Shown here piece by piece: positions 29,055 to 39,600 of a DNA stretch of 48,262 nt (position 1 is the first letter of the stretch; each line of letters opens with the position of its first letter). The position numbers were made by a program, and so were the translations under genes. This DNA comes from Chroococcales cyanobacterium (lineage in GTDB: Bacteria; Cyanobacteriota; Cyanobacteriia; Cyanobacteriales; Chamaesiphonaceae), in assembly GCA_038247275.1 (NCBI GenBank), contig JBBRVB010000001.1, positions 1 to 48,262 of the forward strand, in the 5' to 3' direction. The notes under the pieces are model-generated. The model ran no database searches. It was not told where the DNA came from and worked only from the letters and a program-made list of their open reading frames with translations.

Positions 29055-29978
29055 TTAGCGGCGGCGACTGCCGAAACCCGAACCAGAGCGACTGCGACCG
29101 CCACTACCAAAGCTGCGGCTCGAACCGCCAGCAGGGCGTTGATTGTAGCGAGAACGGTCGGACTGACGGAGGGTACTGCTACCAAATCCCGAACCAGTAG
29201 CACGATTGCGCTCGACCGATCGGTTGGTATTAGTATTGGTACGATTGAAATTGTTATTGTTATTCAATCTTCCAGTCGTTCGTAAGGTTGTCCGGTTGAC
29301 GACTGCTGGTGGTTTACTGTTATAGCGAGTTTGATAACCTTGGACGGCTTGACCGTAGTTACTACCATAGCCACCATAGCCGCGTAATCCACCGGAGCTA
29401 TAGACTGGGGGCACATAATACTGTGGTCGGAATAACATACTCCCGATCGCTTGTCCGGCGATCGAACCAGCTACAGAACCCGCAAACGGTGTCCAGAAAC
29501 TAGATTCTTGCCTGACTACTACCGTCTCTTTTTGCCCGGTTTGAGGATTTGTCTGTGCCTGAGTCACATTATGGACATACTCAATTTTAAAATCTTCGGG
29601 CATGTGCAATGAAACTTGCCCATTTTCTGACTTGACATAAGTCTTTTCACTGGCTTTGACTTCTTCATCAGTTAGTCTTGCCATTTGCAGATTGGTGCTG
29701 CGGTACACAGGGGGCGTACCAGCGGGTGTGTTCAATAGCATCACGGTATATTCACCGTTGGCATCATTATAGGTAGCTTGCTGGACGGGATATTTACCTT
29801 CAGCGAGCGGTTTTTGATTGGTGTTGTTACTGACAGCCGGATTTTGGACGGAAGTAGTTTGCTGTCGATCTCGTCCCTGCGATGCCCGATCGTCAGAGCC
29901 ACAGGCTACAGAAGTAACGGACAACGTTAAAGCCATAAAAATTATCACTAATCGACGGAACATATAGGCTGATCTCAT
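29055..29978 (-). CDS. Putative lipoprotein with G/S/R/N-rich low-complexity tail
   Basis: Signal peptide with lipobox (SVAC); SSFWTPFAG; tail ...SGGRSRSGSGFGSRRR. Confidence 0.8.
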   Translation of the reverse strand: MRSAYMFRRLVIIFMALTLSVTSVACGSDDRASQGRDRQQTTSVQNPAVSNNTNQKPLAEGKYPVQQATYNDANGEYTVMLLNTPAGTPPVYRSTNLQMARLTDEEVKASEKTYVKSENGQVSLHMPEDFKIEYVHNVTQAQTNPQTGQKETVVVRQESSFWTPFAGSVAGSIAGQAIGSMLFRPQYYVPPVYSSGGLRGYGGYGSNYGQAVQGYQTRYNSKPPAVVNRTTLRTTGRLNNNNNFNRTNTNTNRSVERNRATGSGFGSSTLRQSDRSRYNQRPAGGSSRSFGSGGRSRSGSGFGSRRR

Positions 29979-30194
29979 GATTATTGTATTTTCTTATTTT
30001 AGCTAGTTCTCAGGTCGATCGACAATTGATAATTTCCGTAAAAAAGGGATGACATATTGACAACCCTTCTACTTATTTTAGAGCGATCCGATTCGATCGA
30101 ACGAACACTAAAATACCTAGTTAACCGATCCATTTCGATCTGGGTAACCGCACTGTATCTATGGAAATATCCCACATCAACCACTAGCTATTAG

Positions 30195-30794
30195 TTATAA
30201 AGGAATTAATTCTGGGAAATTTTGGAGAACTTGGTCATCGGTAAGTTCATCACCAAATCGTGCTGGTGAAAAATGTATATAAATTGCGCGAAGGCGTTTT
30301 TGGTAGTGGAGGTTTATCAGCGATTTTAGAGCGATTCTGAGTGCAGACATATTTGATAAATCTGCTTCGATCGTGGGTTCTTCACCTTCTAATGCTACAG
30401 TCAGCATCAAAATTAAATTGGGGGTAGGCGGGAGAGTTAGTTGAGCATTAGGATTGCTATTTTCACCCATGTCGGGTTCGCTCAAATACCGTCCGGCTGA
30501 ATCGGTGAATAATTCGTTGGCATAGTCGCCAGCACCACCTTCATCCCAGAATACATCACCTTCATTAGCTGCCGATCGCCAGTAGGTATCGTACTGCAAC
30601 AGATTTTGACAGATTTCGACTAATCCCTCCCCGACGATAGTCAGATCGCCATCGGCTTCGATCGCTTGTCGGGCTGCTTGGTTTAAGATCCCGAGTAATG
30701 GGGATACTTCTTCACCAGCTAGATGAATAAAAATCCGGGATACGACAAACTGATTTTTGCCGGTAAGTTTATTAAATTGGTCGCGTAAACTCAT
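30195..30794 (-). CDS. DUF1517-like soluble protein
   Basis: WRSAANEGDVFWDEG.A.DY.NELFTDSA.RY; C-terminal LTDDQVLQNFPELIPL. Family call recalled, not searched. Confidence 0.72.
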   Translation of the reverse strand: MSLRDQFNKLTGKNQFVVSRIFIHLAGEEVSPLLGILNQAARQAIEADGDLTIVGEGLVEICQNLLQYDTYWRSAANEGDVFWDEGGAGDYANELFTDSAGRYLSEPDMGENSNPNAQLTLPPTPNLILMLTVALEGEEPTIEADLSNMSALRIALKSLINLHYQKRLRAIYIHFSPARFGDELTDDQVLQNFPELIPL

Positions 30795-30796
30795 AA

Positions 30797-30967
30797 GGGG
30801 TAGAGGGTAGAGGGTAGAGGGTAGAGGGTAGGGGGTAGATGGTAGATGGTAGATGGTAGATAGTAGACGTAGAGATCCATGAATAGTAGAGGGTAATTAA
30901 AGTACTTATTTTTTACCCATTACCCATTACCCATTACCCATTACCCATTACCCATCACCCATTACCC
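30797..30967. repeat. (GGGTAGA/TGGTAGA)n array at 30797-30866 and (TACCCAT)n array at 30913-30967
   Basis: Read directly; lies in a divergent intergenic region. Confidence 0.9.
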
Positions 30968-31121
30968 AAACATAAAGTCCATTTTAAAACACGATTCCAA
31001 TTTCACTCAGCCTTGCGATCGATATTTAACCTTTGGGATCGATCTGAGGGCATAATGAGTAGGCACTGACATAGAGTTAGCCTCGTCATCATCAGTACTC
31101 GTCGATCGAGATCAAATAGCT

Positions 31122-31802
31122 ATGGTTACACCGATCCGCGATCCACGCATCGCCGCAGTCATTTTCGACCTCGACGGGGTAATTACCAATACAGTTTACT
31201 TCCATTATCTTTCATGGCAGCGATTAGCTGATGAAGAGGGGATTCCATTCGATCGACAGATTCACGATCGCGGCATGTTAGGATTAAATCGCGAAGATGC
31301 CCTATGTTATTTGCTGGGCGATCGTCAGTTTAGCCCAAACCAACAGCAACTACTATTAACCCGTAAAAATAATTATTATCTAGAGTTAATCGATGAACTC
31401 AATCGCGAACATCTCCTCCCAGGAATTGAGAATCTATTAGGCGAATTGCACGCTACCAACATCAAGATTGCCCTGGGATCTTCGAGTAAAAATGCTGAAT
31501 TAGTATTACAACGGCTGGGGATTAGGCATTTTTTTGACTTTATTGCTGATGGTCATAGCGTCCCCAATCTCAAACCTGCTCCCGATATCTTCCTATATGC
31601 CGCTGAGTCCGTGGGCATTGCACCCGACGTTTGTTTGGTAGTGGAGGACGCTCCCGCAGGCGTAGCGGCGGCTCTAGCTGCCAATATGTGGGTTTTAGGT
31701 GTTGGGCCTGCCGACCGCTTGGCACAAGCACATTTAGTATTACCAACATTAAATAATATTGGCTGGGCGGATCTGCTCGCAAAAGTCAGTTATTGTCGCT
31801 AA
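31122..31802 (+). CDS. pgmB: Beta-phosphoglucomutase-like HAD hydrolase
   Basis: IFDLDGVITNT..H..SW, SSSKNA, KPAPDIFL, VEDAPAG. Confidence 0.8.
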   Translation: MVTPIRDPRIAAVIFDLDGVITNTVYFHYLSWQRLADEEGIPFDRQIHDRGMLGLNREDALCYLLGDRQFSPNQQQLLLTRKNNYYLELIDELNREHLLPGIENLLGELHATNIKIALGSSSKNAELVLQRLGIRHFFDFIADGHSVPNLKPAPDIFLYAAESVGIAPDVCLVVEDAPAGVAAALAANMWVLGVGPADRLAQAHLVLPTLNNIGWADLLAKVSYCR

Positions 31803-31850
31803 AAATTGAGTGAGTCCCAAGGCTAAATCGCTCGAATTTGAAATTAGTAG

Positions 31851-32786
31851 CTAGCTTCGAGCATCGATATAAGCTTGCAATCGTGGTGATAAATAGTGCT
31901 TTCGATCTGGATAAACGGGTAGCCTCGGCTGTAAGTCCCAGCCAGCATTGGCAAGTAGCGTACTCAATGCTCCTAAGTGTAAATGATGATAGTCAGGATT
32001 AACTTCATCCTTGGGTACGACCCCGCCCAAATCTCTCGCACCAGCAGCCAAACATGCTAGTAACAAATCCAAATTGGGAATTAGGTTTGGTGGAATTTGA
32101 ATTGTAATATCTGGAGGTAATATCTGTTTGGCTAATTGAATTATCTTGGGTAATTTGGTAATATCAAAGCCCAATCCCGCTAGACTTTCTTGGCTACCAG
32201 GACTATATGGCTGGAGAATTACTTCTTGAATATGCCCCCATTGTCGGTGAATATCGGCGATCGCGTGCAAGCTTTTTGCCCAATCTAATTCAGATTCACC
32301 AATCCCCAATAATAATCCGGTTGTAAACGGAATCTTTAATTTACCAGCCCAGTTGAGTTGTTCGAGTCTAATTGCCGGTACTTTACTCGGCGCATGACGA
32401 TGAACGCCTTGTAACAATTCTGGATCGAGAGCTTCTAACATTAAGCCCATTGAGACATTAACTTGGGCTAACTGCTCCATTTCTGGATAGCTCAGAGGGC
32501 CAGCGTTTGTATGTGGTAAAAATCCGAATTCGAGAGCTAAATTACACAGATCGTAAATGCGGTCGATCCAAGCTTTCCGACGGGAAGATCGGGGATGAAC
32601 TTCACCGCTTAAAATTAATATTTCACAAATTTCTGTACCCTGGAGATCGGTAAGAATTTGGCTGGCTCGATCGAGTGTCATCCAGCTATCTCCTCCCGGA
32701 TTTACCCGAAAATTGCAGTAACTACACCGATTGAAGCACTCATAAGTTGGGACGATCGTATATGCCGGACTATAGGTAATTTGCAT
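31851..32786 (-). CDS. cofG: FO synthase subunit CofG (radical SAM)
   Basis: ITYSPA..VPTYECFNRCSYCNF, PHTNAG, VSMGLMLE, PFTTGLLLGIGE. Confidence 0.92.
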   Translation of the reverse strand: MQITYSPAYTIVPTYECFNRCSYCNFRVNPGGDSWMTLDRASQILTDLQGTEICEILILSGEVHPRSSRRKAWIDRIYDLCNLALEFGFLPHTNAGPLSYPEMEQLAQVNVSMGLMLEALDPELLQGVHRHAPSKVPAIRLEQLNWAGKLKIPFTTGLLLGIGESELDWAKSLHAIADIHRQWGHIQEVILQPYSPGSQESLAGLGFDITKLPKIIQLAKQILPPDITIQIPPNLIPNLDLLLACLAAGARDLGGVVPKDEVNPDYHHLHLGALSTLLANAGWDLQPRLPVYPDRKHYLSPRLQAYIDARS

Positions 32787-32875
32787 TTCTGTAATTTTGA
32801 CTACATCCTAACGAACTAACCTATTGAGGTCGTAATTTAGCTAATCCCTAAAGTCTAAAGTCTAAAACCTCAATT

Positions 32876-33787
32876 CTAACTTAAAGACTTAGATGGCGCA
32901 TTATAACGAACACGATTGTATTCCTCGACTAGTCTACTTTCTGCCACAGCTTTCTGTTCTTGGACTAAAAGATTGCCAAATTCAAACAGTCGCGCAAGGG
33001 TAAAATATGGTTTTGGAAAAGTTGGCTTAATTCCACTAGCTGGATTGACGACTTCCATCGCGACTCTTTCCAAACCTACTTGCCCGATAAATTCTCTAAT
33101 TTGCTCGTCATAAATACGCGATCGCATTGCTGCAAAAAAGTCAACTGCTTGCTCTGGGAATCGATCGACTAAACTGATGATTTCCCGTCCAGAAATATTA
33201 TCCGGTGCAAAGATACCGCTAACAATCCCAATTTTATCCTCGCGAGTGGGTACCCAATAAAATTTTTCCATCCGGCCATCTCGAACTAGTGGTGCATACA
33301 AAGTTGATAGATCGTTGCCAGTTAAAATAATTGGAATCCGAGGTAAAGGAGTCGAATCATAACTACCCGGTAACTGCACATTGGTCGGGTTGTCCGCAAT
33401 ATTCATCAGCGTGGCATTAACCAATTGCGTATTCACCGTATACTGGGTGCCTTGGTCGAATCTACCCGCACCAGCATCGATATCATTAATTACCAATACC
33501 GCCATTCTCCCGCGCACCTTGATGATTTCCGCAGCCTCCCGATACCGCAGCCGAATCAATCGCGCCGAATCACCCGCATCGGGACTTTCCAACTCCCCCG
33601 CCGAAATGTGGATTGCCTGTACCTTCATTCGATCGAATACCAATTCGCACTGAAAAGTTTTCCCCTCGCCTTTACGCCCGTGTACGCCCAAAATCAGCGG
33701 CACTTTTACCCCTGGTAGATCGAGATAATTTTTGGTGATGTGGACGGCTAATTTGTCGAGAAAAGCCGGAGCGATGTAGTAATCCAT
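32876..33787 (-). CDS. rca: Rubisco activase-like AAA+ ATPase, short form
   Basis: FLDKLAVHITKNYL, Walker A GRKGEGKT, INDIDAGAGR, LYAPLVRDGRMEKFYW. Confidence 0.88.
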   Translation of the reverse strand: MDYYIAPAFLDKLAVHITKNYLDLPGVKVPLILGVHGRKGEGKTFQCELVFDRMKVQAIHISAGELESPDAGDSARLIRLRYREAAEIIKVRGRMAVLVINDIDAGAGRFDQGTQYTVNTQLVNATLMNIADNPTNVQLPGSYDSTPLPRIPIILTGNDLSTLYAPLVRDGRMEKFYWVPTREDKIGIVSGIFAPDNISGREIISLVDRFPEQAVDFFAAMRSRIYDEQIREFIGQVGLERVAMEVVNPASGIKPTFPKPYFTLARLFEFGNLLVQEQKAVAESRLVEEYNRVRYNAPSKSLS

Positions 33788-33791
33788 GAGG

Positions 33792-33972
33792 TAGGGGATA
33801 GGGGATAGGGGATAGGAGGTAGGAGGTAGGAGGTAGGGAAGATTGGATCGTGGTTCGTTATTAGAGTTTAACGCGCAGTGCGCGTCAGGAAGCCTCCAAA
33901 ATTGGATCGTCGAGCTTTGAATAACCCCTATCCTATTCCCTATCCCCTATCCCCTATTCCCTATCCCCTATC
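33792..33972. repeat. Inverted pair of heptamer arrays (TAGGGGA/TAGGAGG at 33792-33838; CCCTATC/CCCTATT at 33925-33972)
   Basis: Read directly; divergent rca/pyrH spacer. Confidence 0.9.
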
Positions 33973-34038
33973 GAAAAAAGATCGCCGTTTCCTGGTATTG
34001 TAAATGTGAGAAAGTTTTGAGTTAAAAAAATAAGCAGC

Positions 34039-34767
34039 ATGGGGACGACTTACCAACGGGTATTGCTCAAGTTGAGTGGGGAAGCCCTAATGGGCGATCT
34101 TGGTTATGGCATCGATCCGACAATCGTCCAAGCTATCGCCCAAGAAGTAGCCGAAGTCGTCGCCAGTGGTGTCCAAGTTGCCATCGTCGTTGGGGGTGGC
34201 AATATTTTTCGGGGAGTTAAAGCTTCAGCCAAAGGAATGGATCGAGCTACGGCTGACTATGTGGGGATGATTGCCACGGTCATGAATGCCATTACCCTCC
34301 AAGATGCGCTAGAACAAAAAGGAGTACCTACCAGGGTACAAACCGCTATTGCCATGCAGGAAGTTGCCGAACCATATATCCGTCGCCGTGCCATCCGCCA
34401 CCTGGAGAAGGGTCGGGTAGTGATTTTTGGGGCAGGTTCTGGTAATCCGTTTTTTACCACCGATACCGCTGCTGCCCTCCGAGCAGCCGAGATCGATGCT
34501 AATGTGATCTTTAAGGCTACCAAAGTTGATGGTGTTTATGATGCCGATCCGCAGCTCAATCCTGACGCGAAACGGTTTCAAAGTCTCACCTTCAGTCACG
34601 TCCTCAATCAAGACTTGCGGGTGATGGATAGTACGGCAATTGCCATGTGTCGGGAGAATAATATTCCCATCATCGTGTTCAATTTATTTGAACGGGGCAA
34701 TATTCAGCGGGTGGTAGCGGGTGAAACAATTGGTACATTTGTAGGAGGTTCTTGTGAAATTTGCTGA
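34039..34767 (+). CDS. pyrH: Uridylate kinase
   Basis: [32 protein letters not shown]. Confidence 0.98.
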   Translation: MGTTYQRVLLKLSGEALMGDLGYGIDPTIVQAIAQEVAEVVASGVQVAIVVGGGNIFRGVKASAKGMDRATADYVGMIATVMNAITLQDALEQKGVPTRVQTAIAMQEVAEPYIRRRAIRHLEKGRVVIFGAGSGNPFFTTDTAAALRAAEIDANVIFKATKVDGVYDADPQLNPDAKRFQSLTFSHVLNQDLRVMDSTAIAMCRENNIPIIVFNLFERGNIQRVVAGETIGTFVGGSCEIC

Positions 34768-35302
34768 TGTCGAAGGTCATATGCAAAAGGCGGTGGAGTC
34801 GGTTAGCCGCTCGTTTAATACGATTCGGACTGGACGTGCGAGTACGAGCTTGCTCGATCGAGTGACGATCGATTATTATGGTACGCCAACACCCTTAAAA
34901 TCGTTGGCAAATATCGGAACACCCGATTCGACAACGATTACGATCCAACCATTCGATCGCAGTAGTATGAGTACGATCGAAAAAGCGATTTCGCTCTCTG
35001 ATATTGGCTTGACTCCCAATAACGATGGTTCGACAATTCGCCTAAACATACCGCCCTTGACTGGGGAACGTCGCAAGGAATTTGTTAAGCAAGCGGGTAA
35101 GTACGCCGAAGAAGGCAAAATTTCCGTGCGAAACATCCGGCGCGATGCGATCGATTTTGTCAAAAAACAAGAGAAAGCTAGCGAAATATCTGAAGATGAA
35201 TCCAAGGATCTCCAAGATAAGATTCAAAAGCTAACCGATAAGTATGGAGCTAAAGTCGAGCAGGTATTAGCTGAAAAAGAAAAAGATATCATGACAGTCT
35301 AG
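34754..35302 (+). CDS. frr: Ribosome recycling factor
   Basis: [32 protein letters not shown]; overlaps pyrH. Confidence 0.98.
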   Translation: MKFADVEGHMQKAVESVSRSFNTIRTGRASTSLLDRVTIDYYGTPTPLKSLANIGTPDSTTITIQPFDRSSMSTIEKAISLSDIGLTPNNDGSTIRLNIPPLTGERRKEFVKQAGKYAEEGKISVRNIRRDAIDFVKKQEKASEISEDESKDLQDKIQKLTDKYGAKVEQVLAEKEKDIMTV

Positions 35303-35330
35303 GTCTGTTATATCTTAACTTCTTTCATTA

Positions 35331-35352
35331 AGTAGGGTGGGCAATGCCCACC
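35331..35352 (+). repeat. GTAG-type REP-like palindrome
   Basis: AGTAG-GGTGGGCA-A-TGCCCACC. Confidence 0.8.
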
Positions 35353-35446
35353 ATTTATATGTCCGCTTACACTAATCTTTCTCGACCATTTACTATTCTA
35401 AACTAACTGCCCGTCACTAAAAATTACTAAAATAAACTACTTGCTT

Positions 35447-35773
35447 ATGAAAATAAAAGTAATTGAAAACTTTGATGGCAGTTTTACCCTCAATCCGCAA
35501 GTACAAGCAACTTTATTTAGCTTACTAACTGGTGAAAAATTTATTCAACAAGTCGCAGAACAGGCTAGTTGTCAATACGTCATTTTCACCGAAATATTAT
35601 TCCAACCAGTTCCTTATAGTCTCGGCACACCCAAAGGAATGCCAGCGGAGATCGAACAGTACTATCAATCGCCCGAGCATTTAATCATTAATGTTCCACC
35701 TAATTTTATGTTTGCTGCCAAGATTTTTCAACCGAGTCGGCTCTGTGCGATTTATCAGAAGATGAGCGATTAG
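35447..35773 (+). CDS. Hypothetical protein
   Basis: Stand-alone ORF filling the gap after frr; start set at ATG 35447; no recognisable motif. Confidence 0.65.
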   Translation: MKIKVIENFDGSFTLNPQVQATLFSLLTGEKFIQQVAEQASCQYVIFTEILFQPVPYSLGTPKGMPAEIEQYYQSPEHLIINVPPNFMFAAKIFQPSRLCAIYQKMSD

Positions 35774-35815
35774 GCTAGAGATATTTAGGATTTAGACAAG
35801 CTAAATCGATCGCAA

Positions 35816-35968
35816 CTGTCTTGAAAAGGTGCTCTACTTGCGGCTCACCTTTGGTTATTTTCCCCGTCAAAAAAGGTGAGACAGCGACCCAAATCACGCG
35901 GAGGTTCCCTCCGCATGTGTTTGGGTCAAGACAAGACAGGGGAAACCCCTGTTCCCGCACTTTTCGCT
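35816..35968 (+). repeat. Hairpin mini-element copy C with about 100 nt of nested inserts, including inverted family copy G at 35883-35939
   Basis: Starts CTGTCTTGAAAAGGTGCTCTACTTG and ends CCGCACTTTTCGCT like the 53-nt copy at 44603-44655, but is 153 nt long. Confidence 0.85.
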
Positions 35969-35993
35969 GTCAACTGTCAACTGTTTAAAAGTT

Positions 35994-36533
35994 ATGTCAC
36001 CTATTACCGATCTTCCAAGTTTAGATAGCTTGGAATTTTTACCTTATGTAAATGATGTCGGAGAATTACCCGGAACTCTCCAAAATCAAATTGGTATTTA
36101 TGCGATCTTCAATCGATCTCAAAAGTTGCAATTTGTGGGCTACTCACGAGATATTTACTTAAGTCTCAAACAGCATTTAGTCAGACAACCCGAACAATGT
36201 TATTGGGTAAAAGCAACCACGATCGATCGACCAAATCGGACATTTCTCGAAAGTGTTCAATCTAGTTGGATTGCTGAAAATGGGAGTATCCCAATTGGCA
36301 ATGGTGCGGCAAACTCTCAGTGGTTAGACCCGATCTCTACCCATCATGCCATGACAGCAGCCGAAAGTGATAGCTTTGCCGATTTGGATGGTGTCGCTCA
36401 GATTAAGCTGCTCAAGCAAGTCGCCAGACGCGTCGAGGAGACAATTTTAGCTCAACTTCAACAGCGTGGCGTTCAAACCGAAATTCGCTTCAATCCCAAG
36501 CTCAAAGAGCAAGGCTTACTAGATCTCAAATAA
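35994..36533 (+). CDS. GIY-YIG nuclease superfamily protein
   Basis: IGIYAIF...FVGYSRDI..SLKQHL.R.P. Confidence 0.8.
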   Translation: MSPITDLPSLDSLEFLPYVNDVGELPGTLQNQIGIYAIFNRSQKLQFVGYSRDIYLSLKQHLVRQPEQCYWVKATTIDRPNRTFLESVQSSWIAENGSIPIGNGAANSQWLDPISTHHAMTAAESDSFADLDGVAQIKLLKQVARRVEETILAQLQQRGVQTEIRFNPKLKEQGLLDLK

Positions 36534-36654
36534 TCTCGGCGGTGCTGGATTCAGGGATGAAAATTTAGCTCTCCCGCCTATATGGTTTAGATGTTCGACA
36601 GATTAGTAGCCGAAGATTAATAATATTCACACTTTTGCTACGCATCTGTATAAG

Positions 36655-36686
36655 CTGTCAACTGTCAACTGTCAACTGTCAACTGT
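36655..36686. repeat. Heptamer repeat (CTGTCAA)4
   Basis: Read directly; abuts the patatin stop codon. Confidence 0.9.
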
Positions 36687-39600
36687 TTAACTCTCCCGTG
36701 ATTGTGGTAAAAACGGATTAGTCCTACCACCAGCTAGGCGTTTGAGACGGATGGTTTGTAAAAACCAGCAGACGAGCGCACTTGGTACCGATAATAACAA
36801 CCATAGTGGTGATAATAACAACGCGAGCACGATCCCACCAATGGCAGTCATCACACCCAAAAGTTGTAATAAAATAATTCGGGGTCGTCTGTGAACTGCA
36901 CCAAGTTTGATGCTACCGCCTTGTAGCCACCAATAACTTGATTGTAAACTGCCATCGAGCCAGTGATAAAGCGGGTGCCGAATTGTTTGGGTACTAGCAG
37001 ATATTCTAAATAATTTAACTAGTAATGTTCGTAGAAATAAAATAATTTTAGTACAGAGACTAATCAATGTAACTAACGGCATATTTTCCCAGAGTTTATC
37101 AACGCCAATGCGATACTGACGGCGGAAGAAATATTGCTGCTGGGTAGTTAAATTGGTGAGAGATTGATGAATTATCCGCACGATGGTGTTGGGATTAGAT
37201 GTTGGTAAAGATGAGTTGGCGGCATCGATCTCGATTTTATTTAAGATCCAATTTTCATTGATAGATCTGCCGTCTCCTGGTAATCGCCACCAGCCCGGTT
37301 GTTCGTCCATTCCCTCAATTGCTAAGTGGACATCACTAGTTAAAATATCGTGCTGTCCAGCTAAAACTAGATCTGCTAAAATCTTCTGAAGCTCGATCCG
37401 ATCGATCTGCAATCCAGGCTGTGCTAGAGTTTCTAGATGTCTACCGATCTGTTGACGCTCGGTACCAGATAAGTGTGGGAGTGACTCAGTAATTAACCAG
37501 TCTAAATATTGAGCCTGGGTACAATTTGTTCTCGTCGATTCTCTCTGGACGAAATTAGCAAATGCTGTCACCGATTTTGGGGTAATAATTCCTTCTAAAA
37601 CCCGATTGAGTCCATCAAGACGACCCCAAAGTAGATCGTTCGATCTCCAAGATTTTTTAAAGAAGCCACCGATGTTATACAGCTTATCACTACCGAGTTT
37701 ATCTTGGGTATTTTTACCATTACCAATCCCTAATTGAGCACTATCTGGACTGATACAAATTGGATTAATTATTGATTTTTCATGCAAGTTTGTCAGATAT
37801 TCAAATGGGTATAATTCTCGATCGATAAATTCAAATGTATGCCATTGTTTGAGTAATTGAGCACTATAGCGATCTCCAAATTTCTCAATTTGGATCTCAG
37901 CAGCTAGCGATAGCTGTCTTAAGACGCTTGGGAAGCTTTGATTGCGATCGTTATCATACTCTAGTTCCCGATCTGCCCAAATTAAGGGATGAAGATTCGT
38001 GCTTTGTCCGAGTTCGGCAATCCGCTGTTTTAATTGAGCAAAGATACTAGAAATTTGGGTCTGTGATAACCACCGAGCATGTCCACTTTTTGCAGCCAAT
38101 TCTGGTAAGTCCAGCCAGAAATAAACTGTAATTGTTTCTAAATTTAAGCCGGATACATCATCAGGGATAAATGTCTGAAATTTAGTCCCATTGAGCAAAA
38201 ATCTATGTAGTCGAAAAATTAGCTCGTATACCAGCGCGCGCAACCGTCGATCGTTACCCTCTTGATTGATTAGATAATAAAAGTAATTACTCACAGAGCG
38301 ATCGCTTAATAATAGTTCGATACTCGCCCTAATTACTTCCAATAGTTTAATATTACAGCTCAATTGCCCAGATAAACATTGCAATTGTTTGCGAGTCATA
38401 TCTGGCAGATCGATTTCCAGTAAATCACCAATCTGCTCGATTAAATAAAAGTGTTGGCGCAGATTATATTCGACATCCAAATCGACAATTTGAGACTCGA
38501 ACCGTTCGAGCAATTTATAATGATGATGGCGATCTTGATGGTTGGTAAATTTACTTATTAAAATTCGATCGATCTTGTCGAGTACGACTGAATATTGGGT
38601 ATTTTGTGACCCCTGTTCTGCATGGAGTAATAACGGTAAGTTTCGATCGCGAAAATCAAATAATCTACCCCGTAAATAAATCTGGGACTGAGTGCGATCG
38701 CCACTTTCTAAAAGTTGCTGAGAATCAACATCTAGTTCAGCTCGATCGATCGATGTTTGATAGCGACGAACTTTATGATTGTGTTCGTGAAGTGTCCGTA
38801 AGTCGTTGGTAATACTTTGGTGAATGGGAATTGACAAGGCTGCGGCTTGAAGAATTTTCCCTGTTCGTGATTGTTGCTTTTTACCTAATTGTAATCGCTC
38901 ATTTAGATGAGCGGGATTGGGATCGACATAAAATAGTTTTCGTTGACCTAAACGACTGGGTAAACGATAATATGCCTCTTTCATCAGGCAGGTTAAGGGC
39001 GTATTATCGAGCAATCCACCATCGAGAAAATATAATTTATCCCCACGATCTAGCGGCAGATCGGGTGAATAGTACTTCGATAGTTTGCCCCAGGTTACTA
39101 ATTGCCGATCGACTAAATTGCGTCGATCCTGGATGTCCACCTCTACTAATGGAAAAATAATCGGCATTCCTGCCGTAATATGACACAATTTTACTAGAGC
39201 TTGAAATGTATCACGCGGCGATCGCGGTAGCTCTGGATCGTTATAGTAAGGATTGAATGGTTCCTTCCGACCTTGACGATGCTTTAATTTAAACATCGTG
39301 CGATGATTTTTGGCTTTGAGATTGAGCACGTTTTCATCGAGGGTCCGATCGATCTTACCCAGATAATCAGTACCCGCGATCGCTAGATCCAATTCTTTAG
39401 TACTCGAAAACCATTCTTGGGGCGAACGCGGTAATTTATGTTCGATCCCTTTGACTAAGGTTGCGAGTAAGCCCCGCTGATAAAAACTTTCACCATTGAC
39501 ACCCACGCCCCCGGCTGGGGATTTGAACAGATTGGGCTTTTGGAGTAACTTCAACAGATCGCCACTGTTACGCCAGATCTTGGCAAACGCATTAAAGTCT

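Noticed and set aside
35994-36533. GIY-YIG protein as a homing endonuclease or mobiliser of the adjacent hairpin elements
   Set aside because: No intron context, and it resembles a conserved cyanobacterial family. Adjacency alone is not evidence.
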